A DNA stretch of 64,000 nucleotides, taken from contig OX337229.1 of the NCBI GenBank assembly GCA_946965045.2, positions 2,666,001 to 2,730,000 of the forward strand. Reading direction: 5' to 3'. A program made the translations under genes and the position numbers. Below, one piece after another: positions 31,174-41,536 of the stretch. Numbering within the stretch: position 1 is the stretch's first letter; every line of letters begins with the position of its first letter. This stretch comes from Epithemia pelagica (lineage: Eukaryota > Protista > Bacillariophyta). A model generated the notes under the pieces. It saw only the letters and a program-made list of their open reading frames with translations, was not told where the DNA came from and made no database searches.

Positions 31174-33825
31174 TCAAGTTTCTGGATTTTCTGCTGTTGC
31201 TGCCGTCGTCGCAACTGAAGCAGTGGGTGGAATTGGTTTCGTCGGAGTGGTATCTCCTGGAGTCGCTGTCGCAGTGCGAGTTTGTAACTGTTTGAGTGAA
31301 GGTTCCACCTTGTTTGCAACTTCCAGAGCATGGCTACGGGCTTCAGAATTCCATTGATGATCCACGGTATTGTGCATCCACTGCTTCAATTCTTCAACAG
31401 CTTTGGTGATCTTCTTGGTGACCGGTTTGAACAGGATGGATTGTGTGGAAGGATTGTCCAAATACAAGGTCATTTGTTCCCACAAAGCAGGCATTTCTTT
31501 TTGAATGCTATCCACCGTTTCTTGAAGCATTTGCGTGACAACTTCAGGCGATTCCTTAATCTTTTGTTGACTCTTTTTCTTGTCGCCACCCTCACCAGTG
31601 CTATCCGAGCGCTCTTGAACAAAGTTGACCAATTTTCCAGCCAAACTTTGTAATGCATGGGCAATAAAGTCATTGCAAGCGTTGCGCAAGGCATCTTCAA
31701 GATCTCGTTTCGAGTCGACATTGGATTCCTGAACCGAAACACCTTCGCGCAAAAGCGTCACAATGGCATTCTCGGTATTCATGGAGAGGAGACGTCGATT
31801 GCGATTCGCCAAGAACTTTGCCATGGCCTTGCCTGCTTCACTGAAATCCAATTGCCGTTCCACGGTACGGAGCTCCAAGTCAAACGGGGAGACTTGTTCT
31901 CGCAATATCAAAAGGTGCTGAACCAAGAACAGATGGGCATCCCTCTGTGATTTCGCCGTTCGAATGAATTGAGCTCCATCCTTCAGCGCGCCAGTACAGG
32001 CCTGTACCGAATGTAGAGCCAAATCTTCAAAGACGCGTGGTTCCACAACACGAAAGATTTTGGACAAGATGCGCAATACTGTGCGCATGGGAGGAAACCA
32101 CGATTCGTAGACCCAATTCAATTGTTCTTGTACGTCCTGCAAGGAATCATTAGGACCCGAAGAGGCCTCTTTGGCCTCACTCTCTTGGTTCGCAGGCTCA
32201 GTGGCTTGTTTTTGCTTTTTCTTGAGTTCCAGCAATTTGTTGGGATAATCCAAATCCTTGGGTGTTGCCTTGAATCGAATGACTTCTCGTTGCAAATGTC
32301 GATTGGCGCAAAAGATTAAACGCTCTTGTGCATCTTCTGTCAAATGGACCAAGGCTTTGGCGGCGGCCGCCGCGGTGGTTTGCTGAGAAGCTTGGACACC
32401 CTCTTCACGAAGCACGGAAACAATTTGGCACAAGGTATCGAGATCGGTCAAACTCACCAAACTACGACGCACGGTGCGATGTAGTGTGGCCGTGCACAGG
32501 GACGCTAAGCAGGTTTGCAGTTCCGTCGTCTTGTGAGGTTGCGCATCACCAAAAAAGTCCACGTACAAGTTCGTTTCGACCGTGCATAGACGAATCCAAA
32601 AGACCGAGGCTAAGCGGGTCATACCAGTAGGTCCATGAAGTTTGTGCAGCTGTTCCATGTGTGCCCTTAGAGTTGGTCGCAGCAGGGTTTCCCTTGAATT
32701 ACAATAGGTTGTACGACATTTCTGAACGAGTTCATAGTATGCCGTCAGTGCCTCCTCTCCCCCAAGCGCATACCGGTGACTTTGCAAGGAATGCAATCGC
32801 GATTTGACAAGTGTCAAGAGTCGATTCGAGCGATTGGAGATTCCATGAAAGCGTGTATAGATCAACGAGGCTTCCAATTGATCGGCCGGTACAATTTGTG
32901 TTGACGGCAAGGCATTGGAAATTTGTTGTGTCGTTGTTTGAATCCGATCTGCCACAGCTTCTTGAATCAGAAACAAGGCAGCTTCCTGCAAGACCAAGGC
33001 GCGACGGTAGTATTCCAAATTTCCCGACACTGGCGTTTGCTGTTGCTGCTGTCTGGATTGTCTCGACTGAGTTTTCTGCAGTTCTTGCAAGGCTTGAGAA
33101 CCACCTGATTCCTTACCAAAATACAAAATCGCATCGTCGATTTCTTGCAATACCTTTGGAAACTCATCATCGTCGACTTTGATTTTCGCCAAACCTCGTA
33201 CATGAGATTGTTGCTGTCTTGAGGTCCCAGTTTTGAACAATACACCGACTTGAATTCCAATTCTATCCACCGCGTTGTAATGCTGCAAGGGTTGGCCAAT
33301 TTCCGCCGCGTGTTGTTCCAAGGCTGTGGCTTGTTCCTGCAATCGATCGGCCGCTGCCGACAATTCCCCCGAATGACGAATCAAGGCCACATGAGCAGCG
33401 GAAATATCTTGAGCAATGTTGAGACTGGCACGACATGCCAATCTTAAACTTGTTGTGTGTTTCCACTGATGCGTCAAAGCTTGCGATACCTCCGAGGCTC
33501 GCGATACGGCCTCCTGTACCACGGGAGACGACTGCATATTGGACACGGTTGCTGTAGGTTCGGTTTCCTTACTTTCCTGATTCGAGCTGGAACTGGAATT
33601 TCCCACAACCACTGAATCTTCATGATAGAGGGATGGAACCGACATGGCCTGCGAAAAAAAGAGCGACGGACCATCACCATGATGATCTATTGAGGAAGCC
33701 GCTGCGGCGGCGGCGCGAGCGGTTGGACCAGCCGTCAATTGGTCAATGCGATTCAATCGAGCAATCTGAGTCGTCGAACGTGGAGCATACGTTTCGTACG
33801 ACACAACACCACTGCCACTGGACAT
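31174..33825 (-). CDS. COG3: Conserved oligomeric Golgi complex subunit 3 (Sec34)
   Basis: LDTLCQIV.VL, EDAQERLIF, WFPPM, LAL..VQAC, HLFLVQHLLILREQVSPFD, V.ES.VDSKRDLE..L..AC..FI. Start codon uncertain (ORF open to 33990). Confidence 0.92.
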   Translation of the reverse strand: MSSGSGVVSYETYAPRSTTQIARLNRIDQLTAGPTARAAAAAASSIDHHGDGPSLFFSQAMSVPSLYHEDSVVVGNSSSSSNQESKETEPTATVSNMQSSPVVQEAVSRASEVSQALTHQWKHTTSLRLACRASLNIAQDISAAHVALIRHSGELSAAADRLQEQATALEQHAAEIGQPLQHYNAVDRIGIQVGVLFKTGTSRQQQSHVRGLAKIKVDDDEFPKVLQEIDDAILYFGKESGGSQALQELQKTQSRQSRQQQQQTPVSGNLEYYRRALVLQEAALFLIQEAVADRIQTTTQQISNALPSTQIVPADQLEASLIYTRFHGISNRSNRLLTLVKSRLHSLQSHRYALGGEEALTAYYELVQKCRTTYCNSRETLLRPTLRAHMEQLHKLHGPTGMTRLASVFWIRLCTVETNLYVDFFGDAQPHKTTELQTCLASLCTATLHRTVRRSLVSLTDLDTLCQIVSVLREEGVQASQQTTAAAAAKALVHLTEDAQERLIFCANRHLQREVIRFKATPKDLDYPNKLLELKKKQKQATEPANQESEAKEASSGPNDSLQDVQEQLNWVYESWFPPMRTVLRILSKIFRVVEPRVFEDLALHSVQACTGALKDGAQFIRTAKSQRDAHLFLVQHLLILREQVSPFDLELRTVERQLDFSEAGKAMAKFLANRNRRLLSMNTENAIVTLLREGVSVQESNVDSKRDLEDALRNACNDFIAHALQSLAGKLVNFVQERSDSTGEGGDKKKSQQKIKESPEVVTQMLQETVDSIQKEMPALWEQMTLYLDNPSTQSILFKPVTKKITKAVEELKQWMHNTVDHQWNSEARSHALEVANKVEPSLKQLQTRTATATPGDTTPTKPIPPTASVATTAATAENPET

Positions 33826-34136
33826 TGTTCTATCTTCTTTGGATATACAAAAGATAAGACAAAGGAGGGATACCTGTAATGCAAAGATGCCCCTCGCGAG
33901 AATGGCATAAAGACCGGCCACAACTCCGGGTTTTTCGAAACGCGACCGTCCGTTCAAGGAGATGAAGGTACCGACCGATGCTCCGGCCACATTGCCAAGG
34001 CTTCACCACGTCATCACATCCGTCAAACGATCACGTTTGTTCACAATGGTGCGTGTTGTCGTCTTCCATCCTCGTAGAGAGGACCCACAGAAACCTGAAA
34101 CGTGACAAAGGAGCCGTAACTTTTCAAGACGATACA

Positions 34137-34370
34137 ATGACTGGACATGACAGTGATCCCTCTAATTATTTTTCTGCGGCCGAACGGACTGCGATTGTTC
34201 GAAGCAAGTGCCAAAAGAAAGCCTGTGCTATTCAAACCTGTTTGGCTCAAGTTGGATACGAACAATCTCGATGCCAAAAGGTAATTGATACGTACAATAG
34301 CTGCTCCAAACAAGCATTGGACGAGGCTGTTGCAGAGGCTCAAAAACAACCCAAAACGGGGAACAAATGA
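34137..34370 (+). CDS. CMC4: Cx9C-motif protein, CMC4/MTCP1-like
   Basis: KCQKKACAIQTCL...Y.QSRCQKVIDTYNSC cysteine spacing in a short ORF. Confidence 0.8.
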   Translation: MTGHDSDPSNYFSAAERTAIVRSKCQKKACAIQTCLAQVGYEQSRCQKVIDTYNSCSKQALDEAVAEAQKQPKTGNK

Positions 34371-34967
34371 GCAAACAACATCTACCTTAAGTCACATCGA
34401 TGCAGAAAATTAAAAACATTTCTGCTTGCGATGACACCCTCCGTTGTTGAATCTATCTGTGGAATACTGATGTTTTCTGATTTCCACTTTTACGCATGCC
34501 AGGTGGGTCTTGCGGCCAATGCCAATCCAGCTTGTCATGATAAGATTGCATCTTTCCTCTCTTGTCGATTACAAACCAGGGATCGACAATCAAAGACCAG
34601 AAGGATCGAATGATTTTTGGTGGGGCTAACACGAAAGTCACGACTTATCACTCTGCCTCTCGTGGGCGTTGAGTCGAACCGGGAACGCTGCGTAGATTTA
34701 TTTTGAGAGACGATTCACAGAAAAAACAAGAAGAGCCGATCTACTCATTCTTTCCCTTGAAATGAATACCGAAAATTTTGTTGCATATAATTTCTTTAGA
34801 ATTCCAAGGATATGGTGAATGAGAGCGTCCGCCTCACATCTCATGTATTTGTCCAGCTCTGAGAGCCTCAGAGTAAGAGTGCTGAGTCTTTTTTCCGCGT
34901 TGCGCGCTACAATGGGGGGATAGTCTGCTCATAGTAGCAACTTGACAGCCTTACAGATGATGAAATC

Positions 34968-35936
34968 TTACTCACATCCCATCTCTGGCCATCGCCATAC
35001 CAAGACAGTATCGATCACCGGTATCAATAGCACCAACAACCAAAACCAAATAATATTGGTGGATACGACAATCATAAAGACTGCAACAAGCACGGTCAAA
35101 TCGACAATGGTATCGATTTGCATTTTTGCCCTCGTGGCCTCTTGGTGCTGAGTGGTTCGCTGGCTGGCCGTCAGTAGACGGTCGTCTCGCTGTACCAAAA
35201 TTAACATGATCAGCGACACACCACGGGCCAAGAGAATATTGGCGGAATACAAGATGTATACATCGGCCGAATCAATGACGGTGACAAGATTCATGGTCAA
35301 TGGAATGACAACAAGGAAGAGCAACCACAAAAAGTTGAAACGACGAAGTGCTCCGGTCGTTTGTCGAACATGACGAAACAGCTTTTCGTGTTGAGACCAT
35401 AAAAAGGCAATTACAAAAAAGCTAACCACAAAGGCCTCCAGAATGTCCTTGTTGTCATTGTAAAAGTCCCTGAACTTGTCATCACCTGGATTGCCGTTAT
35501 CTTCTTCGTTATTGCGAAAATCCAATGTGGAATCCACGAGTGGCAAGGTTAGAAGGGTCATGGCAATTGCTACCACTCCATCGGTGAACCCTGCCAAACG
35601 TTCCGCCGATTGCAAGTCACCCGTCAAGGGTGATTCTGGCTCCACAACGGCAGTCGCATCTTTATTTTTGTCGTTGCTCGGATGCGGAGCCAAATCTTCC
35701 TGGAAACTTGATTTGCTCGAATCCTCCGATTCGATCGGGGCTTTTTTTGTTTCACGATAACTTGAACCGCCCGCAACGAATGTTTGCTCCATCTTTGAGG
35801 CAGCCAACGACGGCTCTGGCTGCTTTCCGGAAGACTGTCCTTCTGTATCGTTGGAGATGTGTGTATCTTTTGTCATCTCTTCGTATTGTAACTTGTGACA
35901 ACGGCTGGAACAACAAGACGTGCGCCCATGGTGCAA
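34968..35936 (-). CDS. TMEM175/DUF1211-family K+ channel (single repeat), copy A
   Basis: ERLAGFTDGVVAIAMTLL signature, SFFVIAFLW..H..LF, NFLWLLFLVVIP, YSANIL. Confidence 0.88.
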   Translation of the reverse strand: MHHGRTSCCSSRCHKLQYEEMTKDTHISNDTEGQSSGKQPEPSLAASKMEQTFVAGGSSYRETKKAPIESEDSSKSSFQEDLAPHPSNDKNKDATAVVEPESPLTGDLQSAERLAGFTDGVVAIAMTLLTLPLVDSTLDFRNNEEDNGNPGDDKFRDFYNDNKDILEAFVVSFFVIAFLWSQHEKLFRHVRQTTGALRRFNFLWLLFLVVIPLTMNLVTVIDSADVYILYSANILLARGVSLIMLILVQRDDRLLTASQRTTQHQEATRAKMQIDTIVDLTVLVAVFMIVVSTNIIWFWLLVLLIPVIDTVLVWRWPEMGCE

Positions 35937-36126
35937 GAAAGTATCTTTTGCGGTCGCTTATGAATCGCTATTTGAAGACCCGTATTGACCAGTCAACACT
36001 CGTGACACAATGATACCAACCAACACCATTGTCATCGACGAGCGAAAGATCTTTGCTTCGTAAGGAACAATAACGTTCTGTCTTCCCAACAACCCTCCAA
36101 CACTTTTTCCTTGGTGACCATAATCA

Positions 36127-36885
36127 ATGCAACAGTCGTCTGTGACCGAAATAATTGCACCCGTCACCGGGGAGGCATCAACTACCACAAGGACAAACTC
36201 CAATGCCCACAGCAACTACCCTAGCACCAACGCAACCGTCTCCAACAATGAGAGTGTGTACCCTGACCTAGCTAATGCTCATCCCTCATCAAAACGTGTC
36301 ATTCCCTTCACCGACGCGGCAGTGGCCATTTCCATCACGTTACTGATTTTCCCCTTGATGGATGCAAGTTTTGAGTACAAGGGTGATTCTCTTCACGATT
36401 ATTTTCATGACAACAAAAAGGGATTCGAAACGTTTGTCGTGTCCTTTACCATGATTGGAATTTTGTGGACTGCACATGATCGCGTGTGGTCACATGTGGG
36501 CAAAACATCACCCCTGCTACGGCGGCTCAATTTGTTTTGGTTGCTCATGGTAGTGATTCTACCCGTGGTTATGAATCTAGTAACAGTCTTTGGGACTACT
36601 GCAACCTACCACTTGTATGGTACAACTATTTTCTTGGCCCAGATATCCGTCATGCTCATGCATGCTGTGGTAAAACGAGACAAGCGATTGTGGAAACATG
36701 GGAGTAACCACCCGTTCCATAGGACCAATCGGAGCATACAGATAGAAAACTTGATTGATTCGGTCGTATTTGCCGCTGCCTCAGTGGTTGGAGCCTTGAT
36801 TCAATCCGCTTGGATGATGTTGATTGTTCTTTTTCTTCCAGTGATTCATCAACTACTGGATTGGAAGTATCCGAACGGATTCTAA
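36127..36885 (+). CDS. TMEM175/DUF1211-family K+ channel (single repeat), copy B
   Basis: KRVIPFTDAAVAISITLL, SFTMIGILW..H..VW, LNLFWLLMVVILP, YGTTIF. Confidence 0.87.
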   Translation: MQQSSVTEIIAPVTGEASTTTRTNSNAHSNYPSTNATVSNNESVYPDLANAHPSSKRVIPFTDAAVAISITLLIFPLMDASFEYKGDSLHDYFHDNKKGFETFVVSFTMIGILWTAHDRVWSHVGKTSPLLRRLNLFWLLMVVILPVVMNLVTVFGTTATYHLYGTTIFLAQISVMLMHAVVKRDKRLWKHGSNHPFHRTNRSIQIENLIDSVVFAAASVVGALIQSAWMMLIVLFLPVIHQLLDWKYPNGF

Positions 36886-37222
36886 ATAACCAAGACGGTT
36901 CTGTTCATGTTGCAAGGATTCAGTGTACCTGTGCCCCTGTTCAAAATCTTTCTCCATAGATGCGGGGAATGAAGGCTAACTGTCCTCTCTTTTTGTTTCC
37001 GACTTTAGTTTCATTTCACTGCAATTCATCTGTTGACAAAGGATGGTTCAAGAGACGTTTCACCATAATGTGCAAGCTTTCACATTCCCGAACCGTGGAT
37101 TTGGGGTACGATGCCCGTATTTCTCGTTGTTATGGAACTCATTTGGCAGATTGAAACAGTAAGACGTTGCAGAAACAGCACGTGAACTCGTTTGTTTATT
37201 GTCGTAACTAGAAGTATCATTT

Positions 37223-37963
37223 CTACGCAAGCTTTTTCCAGATTTGCGTCTTCTCCTTGCAAGAGTCTCGCTGAGGTGTCTTGTTATTGCCGTCGCCATG
37301 TAGAGAGCCACGGGAGGATGGAACGCCCAACGTGGAGGTTGGTGGTGGAGAAGCTTTCTGATTCTGCGACTCGTCCAGCAGGTAGTCGGTGCAACAACGG
37401 CAAGTGTTCCGAGATCGACTGTTTGTTTGTAAGACAATGTCCTTGTACGAAGAAACAGGAGCGACGATTGTCGACGATGTAAACGATACCACAGTTGGCA
37501 CGGCAGAAAGAATCTCCCAATCTGCTTCATGGCAATCTTGGTGGGCTTCTTCTCGTTCAAGTGGATGAGTATCCAAGACGCCGCAAGTCGTTTTGCCTGC
37601 TCCCACCGAGATGGTACAAAGACTGGAAACCACACTGGTTGAATCTGCATTCATGATTAGGCCCTTTTCTTCATCGGGCATGGTAGTATCGTTCATGCAC
37701 ATATCCAAATCGAAAGTATCAATGGTTAGTGAATAACAATCCGATCGGACCTCATCGGAATCACAGTCTTGTTTGTCCATGGCTTCCATTGAAACATGAT
37801 TTACAGTGGGGACAAAAGTGCCTGCCAAGTCCTCTTGTTCCTCACAACCAAAGGAAAGAAGCAGACCTTCCATCATGGAGTCTATTCCTTGCCACTGTTG
37901 ATTTTCTCGTGCCGGGCGAGGTTTTGTCTTTTTTTTGAGTTTGGGTCGCTTCTTTTTGCCCAT
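37223..37963 (-). CDS. Hypothetical protein
   Basis: 246-aa ATG ORF, basic N-terminus, DWEILS...SYKDIV motif; no known domain. Confidence 0.55.
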   Translation of the reverse strand: MGKKKRPKLKKKTKPRPARENQQWQGIDSMMEGLLLSFGCEEQEDLAGTFVPTVNHVSMEAMDKQDCDSDEVRSDCYSLTIDTFDLDMCMNDTTMPDEEKGLIMNADSTSVVSSLCTISVGAGKTTCGVLDTHPLEREEAHQDCHEADWEILSAVPTVVSFTSSTIVAPVSSYKDIVLQTNSRSRNTCRCCTDYLLDESQNQKASPPPTSTLGVPSSRGSLHGDGNNKTPQRDSCKEKTQIWKKLA

Positions 37964-38214
37964 TCTTTTATCAAGCCCGAATGACTCACTTGAGTGTTAC
38001 TACTACGTTGTTGCTGTTGCTGTTGGTGGTGGTGTGGTTTCGTTTGCTTTTGCTTGTATCTTTTCGTCTTGAATCATGCCGGCACTCACCCCTGTGTTGG
38101 TATCAATTTTATGGACATGTTTTTTTTTGACACCAACAGAACTCGAGACGTGTTTCTCCTGTACGTTTGAAACGTTCGCGACTCGATCCATCGCTGAATC
38201 TTTCCATGAGACCC

Positions 38215-39030
38215 CTATTCTTCTTCCGTTTTGACATTACGGGCTTGTTTCTTGTCCTTTTTGTTCTTTTTCTTGAGTTCCTTGGCTGCCTTTTTGGCCT
38301 CCTTGCGGGCTTTCTTGGCCTCCTTTTTGGCCTTTTTGGCGGCGCGTTTGGCTTCCTTCTTTTCTCGTTTCTGGTCTTTCCGATTGGCCGCAGCACGCGG
38401 TTCCATGGTGTTTGGTTCCGTCCGAGACTCGACCGGAACGACACTCGCTGTTGTTGCCGTGGTGGTGTTTGTCCGAGTCTCGTTCGGGTCCGTGGCGGGG
38501 AGCTCCTCGTGGACCACCCTCGTCGGAGCCTCGTGGACTCCTGCACTCGTCAAATCCTCCACGGGTGAAGGTGGTTGTGGTAGATCGTCCTGATCTTTGT
38601 CTTTTTGGTATTCTTCGTCCTCGTCGTCCACATGGATAGGATCCGTTTCGTGTTGCAATTGATGCAATCGTTCTCGTTGGTTCCGACGCCGAGCAACATC
38701 CTCCGTAGCGTCTTCTCCCGTGACAGTTGTCATGCTGCGTGCAACCTGATACAAGTCTTCCCACATGGAAGGATTGAGACCCAATGGTTGTGCCGACATT
38801 GTGGAATGGTACGACCGTTGTGGATCGGATGCGTGGAGGAATTGTGCTTGTTGTTGTTGTGCTTGTTGTTTTTGGGTGGCGAGAAATTGGGTCAAGAAAT
38901 CCACCGCATCCGACTCGGAAATGGCCGTACTGGACCATGATGTATTATTAGTATCATTGGTGACCACCTTGACGCGAATATCTCCCATGGCCGATCCATC
39001 GTGAAGCGATGCAGTGCCGGAACCCAACAT
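38215..39030 (-). CDS. Hypothetical protein with Lys/Glu-rich C-terminal repeats
   Basis: Probable ATG at 39030 within ORF 38215-39462; EAKKAAK-type repeats. Confidence 0.6.
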   Translation of the reverse strand: MLGSGTASLHDGSAMGDIRVKVVTNDTNNTSWSSTAISESDAVDFLTQFLATQKQQAQQQQAQFLHASDPQRSYHSTMSAQPLGLNPSMWEDLYQVARSMTTVTGEDATEDVARRRNQRERLHQLQHETDPIHVDDEDEEYQKDKDQDDLPQPPSPVEDLTSAGVHEAPTRVVHEELPATDPNETRTNTTTATTASVVPVESRTEPNTMEPRAAANRKDQKREKKEAKRAAKKAKKEAKKARKEAKKAAKELKKKNKKDKKQARNVKTEEE

Positions 39031-39233
39031 GGTCCACAACCGTGAATTGAGAATTGAGAATTGAAACGAGGGCGAATGGTTGTGGTTCTGTGGTTGTGAC
39101 GACGGACGGACGTCCGGTGTTGGAAAGATCCTTCCAGAAAGATCCAGAATTGTCGATGAAAAGATACGCCCCACTGATTCCCCCACTGGATCTTGTGATT
39201 TCTGATTTCTGATGGCAACGACCAACGACCACC

Positions 39234-41219
39234 ATGTCCAAGGGAATAGAGAATCACAGCGGTGACAACAACAAGAAAGATAATGATAAAGACGAGGAGG
39301 AACGGGACCGAAGAGAGGGCTTTCAATTGTTGTTGGGAGGTTTGTCGATTCAGGACGTCTCGGTAGATGCCTGGGACAATCAAAGTGTCGGCAGCAGCAG
39401 CCATCACGACAGTGAGGATGATGATCGTTGCGAGGAATCGCTCGGACGAGGAAAGGAACCAAGAATGCCGACTACGCCGGTACACCATGACTCGCCACAT
39501 GCTCCTCTGTTGAAATCTTCTTGTTCTTCTTCGAGTCGTCCTCCACAACACTACAAACCATTGACGGGTCCACAACACCAACTGGAAACTCGAGTCATGT
39601 TTCGACAGGCGTATACTACCAGTCGTACCGGAACTGGCCATGGTCGAGTCGAACGGCCCCCCGTCCAACCGGTACAGTTTCTCGAAAATGACAAAGATCG
39701 AGGCAAGGGATTGATTGCGACGCGATCCATTCCATCGGGTGAGACCATTTATACCGAACGAGCGGCCGTTGTGACACAACTTCCCGGCGATCCCATTCGA
39801 GCCTGTCAATACTGTTTTCGGTCTCTGGAACCCGCCTCCCGAGCCGTATACCAGGAACAGGACGATCATGAGGAGGACGAGGAACAGCAGCATGCCAGGG
39901 CACAACCAAACTCGACAAACTCGAGTCATTCGTTGCCCTGTTCTCACTTGTGGCCGGTGCCGGAATACGACTTTGCGTCGTCAAATGATGATTCCTTGTT
40001 GTTGTCCTCACAGTTCGCGAAACAAGAGAGTCACCAATTCCTCCGAATTGATCGCTTTCAACGCATTCATTGTACCCACTGCAACTCGTGGTTTTGTCAC
40101 GTTCATTGTTTCAAGGCACTCGAACAACAAGTGGGGGACCATTGTTTGTGTCGACAAGCCTTGAATCTCTTGATAGAAGAGCCGAATGATCCTTCGGCCG
40201 ATCCAACAACAACGACAAGAACAACAACACCATCGCCTCTTCCTCCTGTACAGGCACCCATTGCTCTCGCCACACGCATGTTTGCCATGGCGGTGCATCA
40301 CCATCGAACCAATCCTCCGGACTTGGCGGCAGAGGAATCCAACTTGGATGGTGACAATCAGTTTTGGAATGGCTTGTGTGGGTCGGCCGCTGACGTGACA
40401 CCACTGGAACTGGGATATCCTGTGGTTGCCAACAACGATACGGCCGACAACCAGAAAATCGAGCACGACGACGAGGACGACGACAAGGACAACCATTACC
40501 ATCAACAACCACCAAACGGTACGACCGAATCGGCTCGCCCCTCCTATACATTGCAACCCTTGTACCAACAACTGGTAGTCTTGTATGATTTGACCGACCA
40601 AGAACGTTCCACCGGTCTTTCCTTGACCTTGTTGGAAACCTTGGCCAGTCGAGCAGCTCGGAATGGATTTGGATTTTCGACGCAGTCTCCCTTTACCTCA
40701 TATTACAATGCTGTAATGCGGACCTGTCGTCGCGGCACGAAACAACACGAGACACTGTTGCGACAAGTGGCACACGCCGTAGGAGGATCGCCCACCTTGG
40801 AACGGGGCATGGATCGGCAAGTTCAAACTCGTGTCGTACCGCAATTGGTGGCACTCTTTGCCTTGACGGCACGAATCAATCATTCCTGCAATACACCATC
40901 GTCGTCGTCGTCCTACATTCAACGCCCGTTGTGCGACCACACGGAACCCACCAGTCGCAACAACAAAAACAACAACCACAATAACAACACCTTCAACAGG
41001 GAGGAGGACGATCTCGTGAATGCTCAAGTGCAAAATCAAATGTTTGTGGACTGTCACATGGATTTGGTTGCCACACGTGACATTGCTACGGGACAAGAAA
41101 TTTTGATTTCCTACTTGGGTCCATCCGCCTTGCGGAAACCAACGACTCGGCGACAACGAGATCTCGGAGCAAAATATCTGTTTCAGTGTTCCTGTTCCAA
41201 ATGTAGCAGCCATACATGA
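39234..41219 (+). CDS. SMYD-like SET-domain methyltransferase
   Basis: GKGLIATRSIPSGE, inserted Cys cluster (CQYC...CTHC...CHVHC), INHSC, ATRDI..GQEILISY, post-SET FQCSCSKC. Confidence 0.9.
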   Translation: MSKGIENHSGDNNKKDNDKDEEERDRREGFQLLLGGLSIQDVSVDAWDNQSVGSSSHHDSEDDDRCEESLGRGKEPRMPTTPVHHDSPHAPLLKSSCSSSSRPPQHYKPLTGPQHQLETRVMFRQAYTTSRTGTGHGRVERPPVQPVQFLENDKDRGKGLIATRSIPSGETIYTERAAVVTQLPGDPIRACQYCFRSLEPASRAVYQEQDDHEEDEEQQHARAQPNSTNSSHSLPCSHLWPVPEYDFASSNDDSLLLSSQFAKQESHQFLRIDRFQRIHCTHCNSWFCHVHCFKALEQQVGDHCLCRQALNLLIEEPNDPSADPTTTTRTTTPSPLPPVQAPIALATRMFAMAVHHHRTNPPDLAAEESNLDGDNQFWNGLCGSAADVTPLELGYPVVANNDTADNQKIEHDDEDDDKDNHYHQQPPNGTTESARPSYTLQPLYQQLVVLYDLTDQERSTGLSLTLLETLASRAARNGFGFSTQSPFTSYYNAVMRTCRRGTKQHETLLRQVAHAVGGSPTLERGMDRQVQTRVVPQLVALFALTARINHSCNTPSSSSSYIQRPLCDHTEPTSRNNKNNNHNNNTFNREEDDLVNAQVQNQMFVDCHMDLVATRDIATGQEILISYLGPSALRKPTTRRQRDLGAKYLFQCSCSKCSSHT

Positions 41220-41536
41220 CTCCTACTTTCGGCAAAGCAACCGGGCAGTTCGAGGAAACAGGTTTCTTTTTGGCGTGTCCCTACTCAGCAAGCGACCTAT
41301 TATTCCGTGTTGTGATATGAGGTCACACTAACGACTCCATGGGATTCAGAATTTTCAAGTGCTCTCCTTTTTGGTTGCGTCCCTTTCCCTTTTAGGGTAA
41401 ATCCAAGATGAAGCAGCAATTTGGCGACAATTTAGGGTTACGATAAACCACAGCATTAGCCCCGAAGACCAGCGAGATTTGCGTAGTACACACCACATCT
41501 CTCCAGCAAACACGTAGTAGCGCTAGTACGGTCAAG

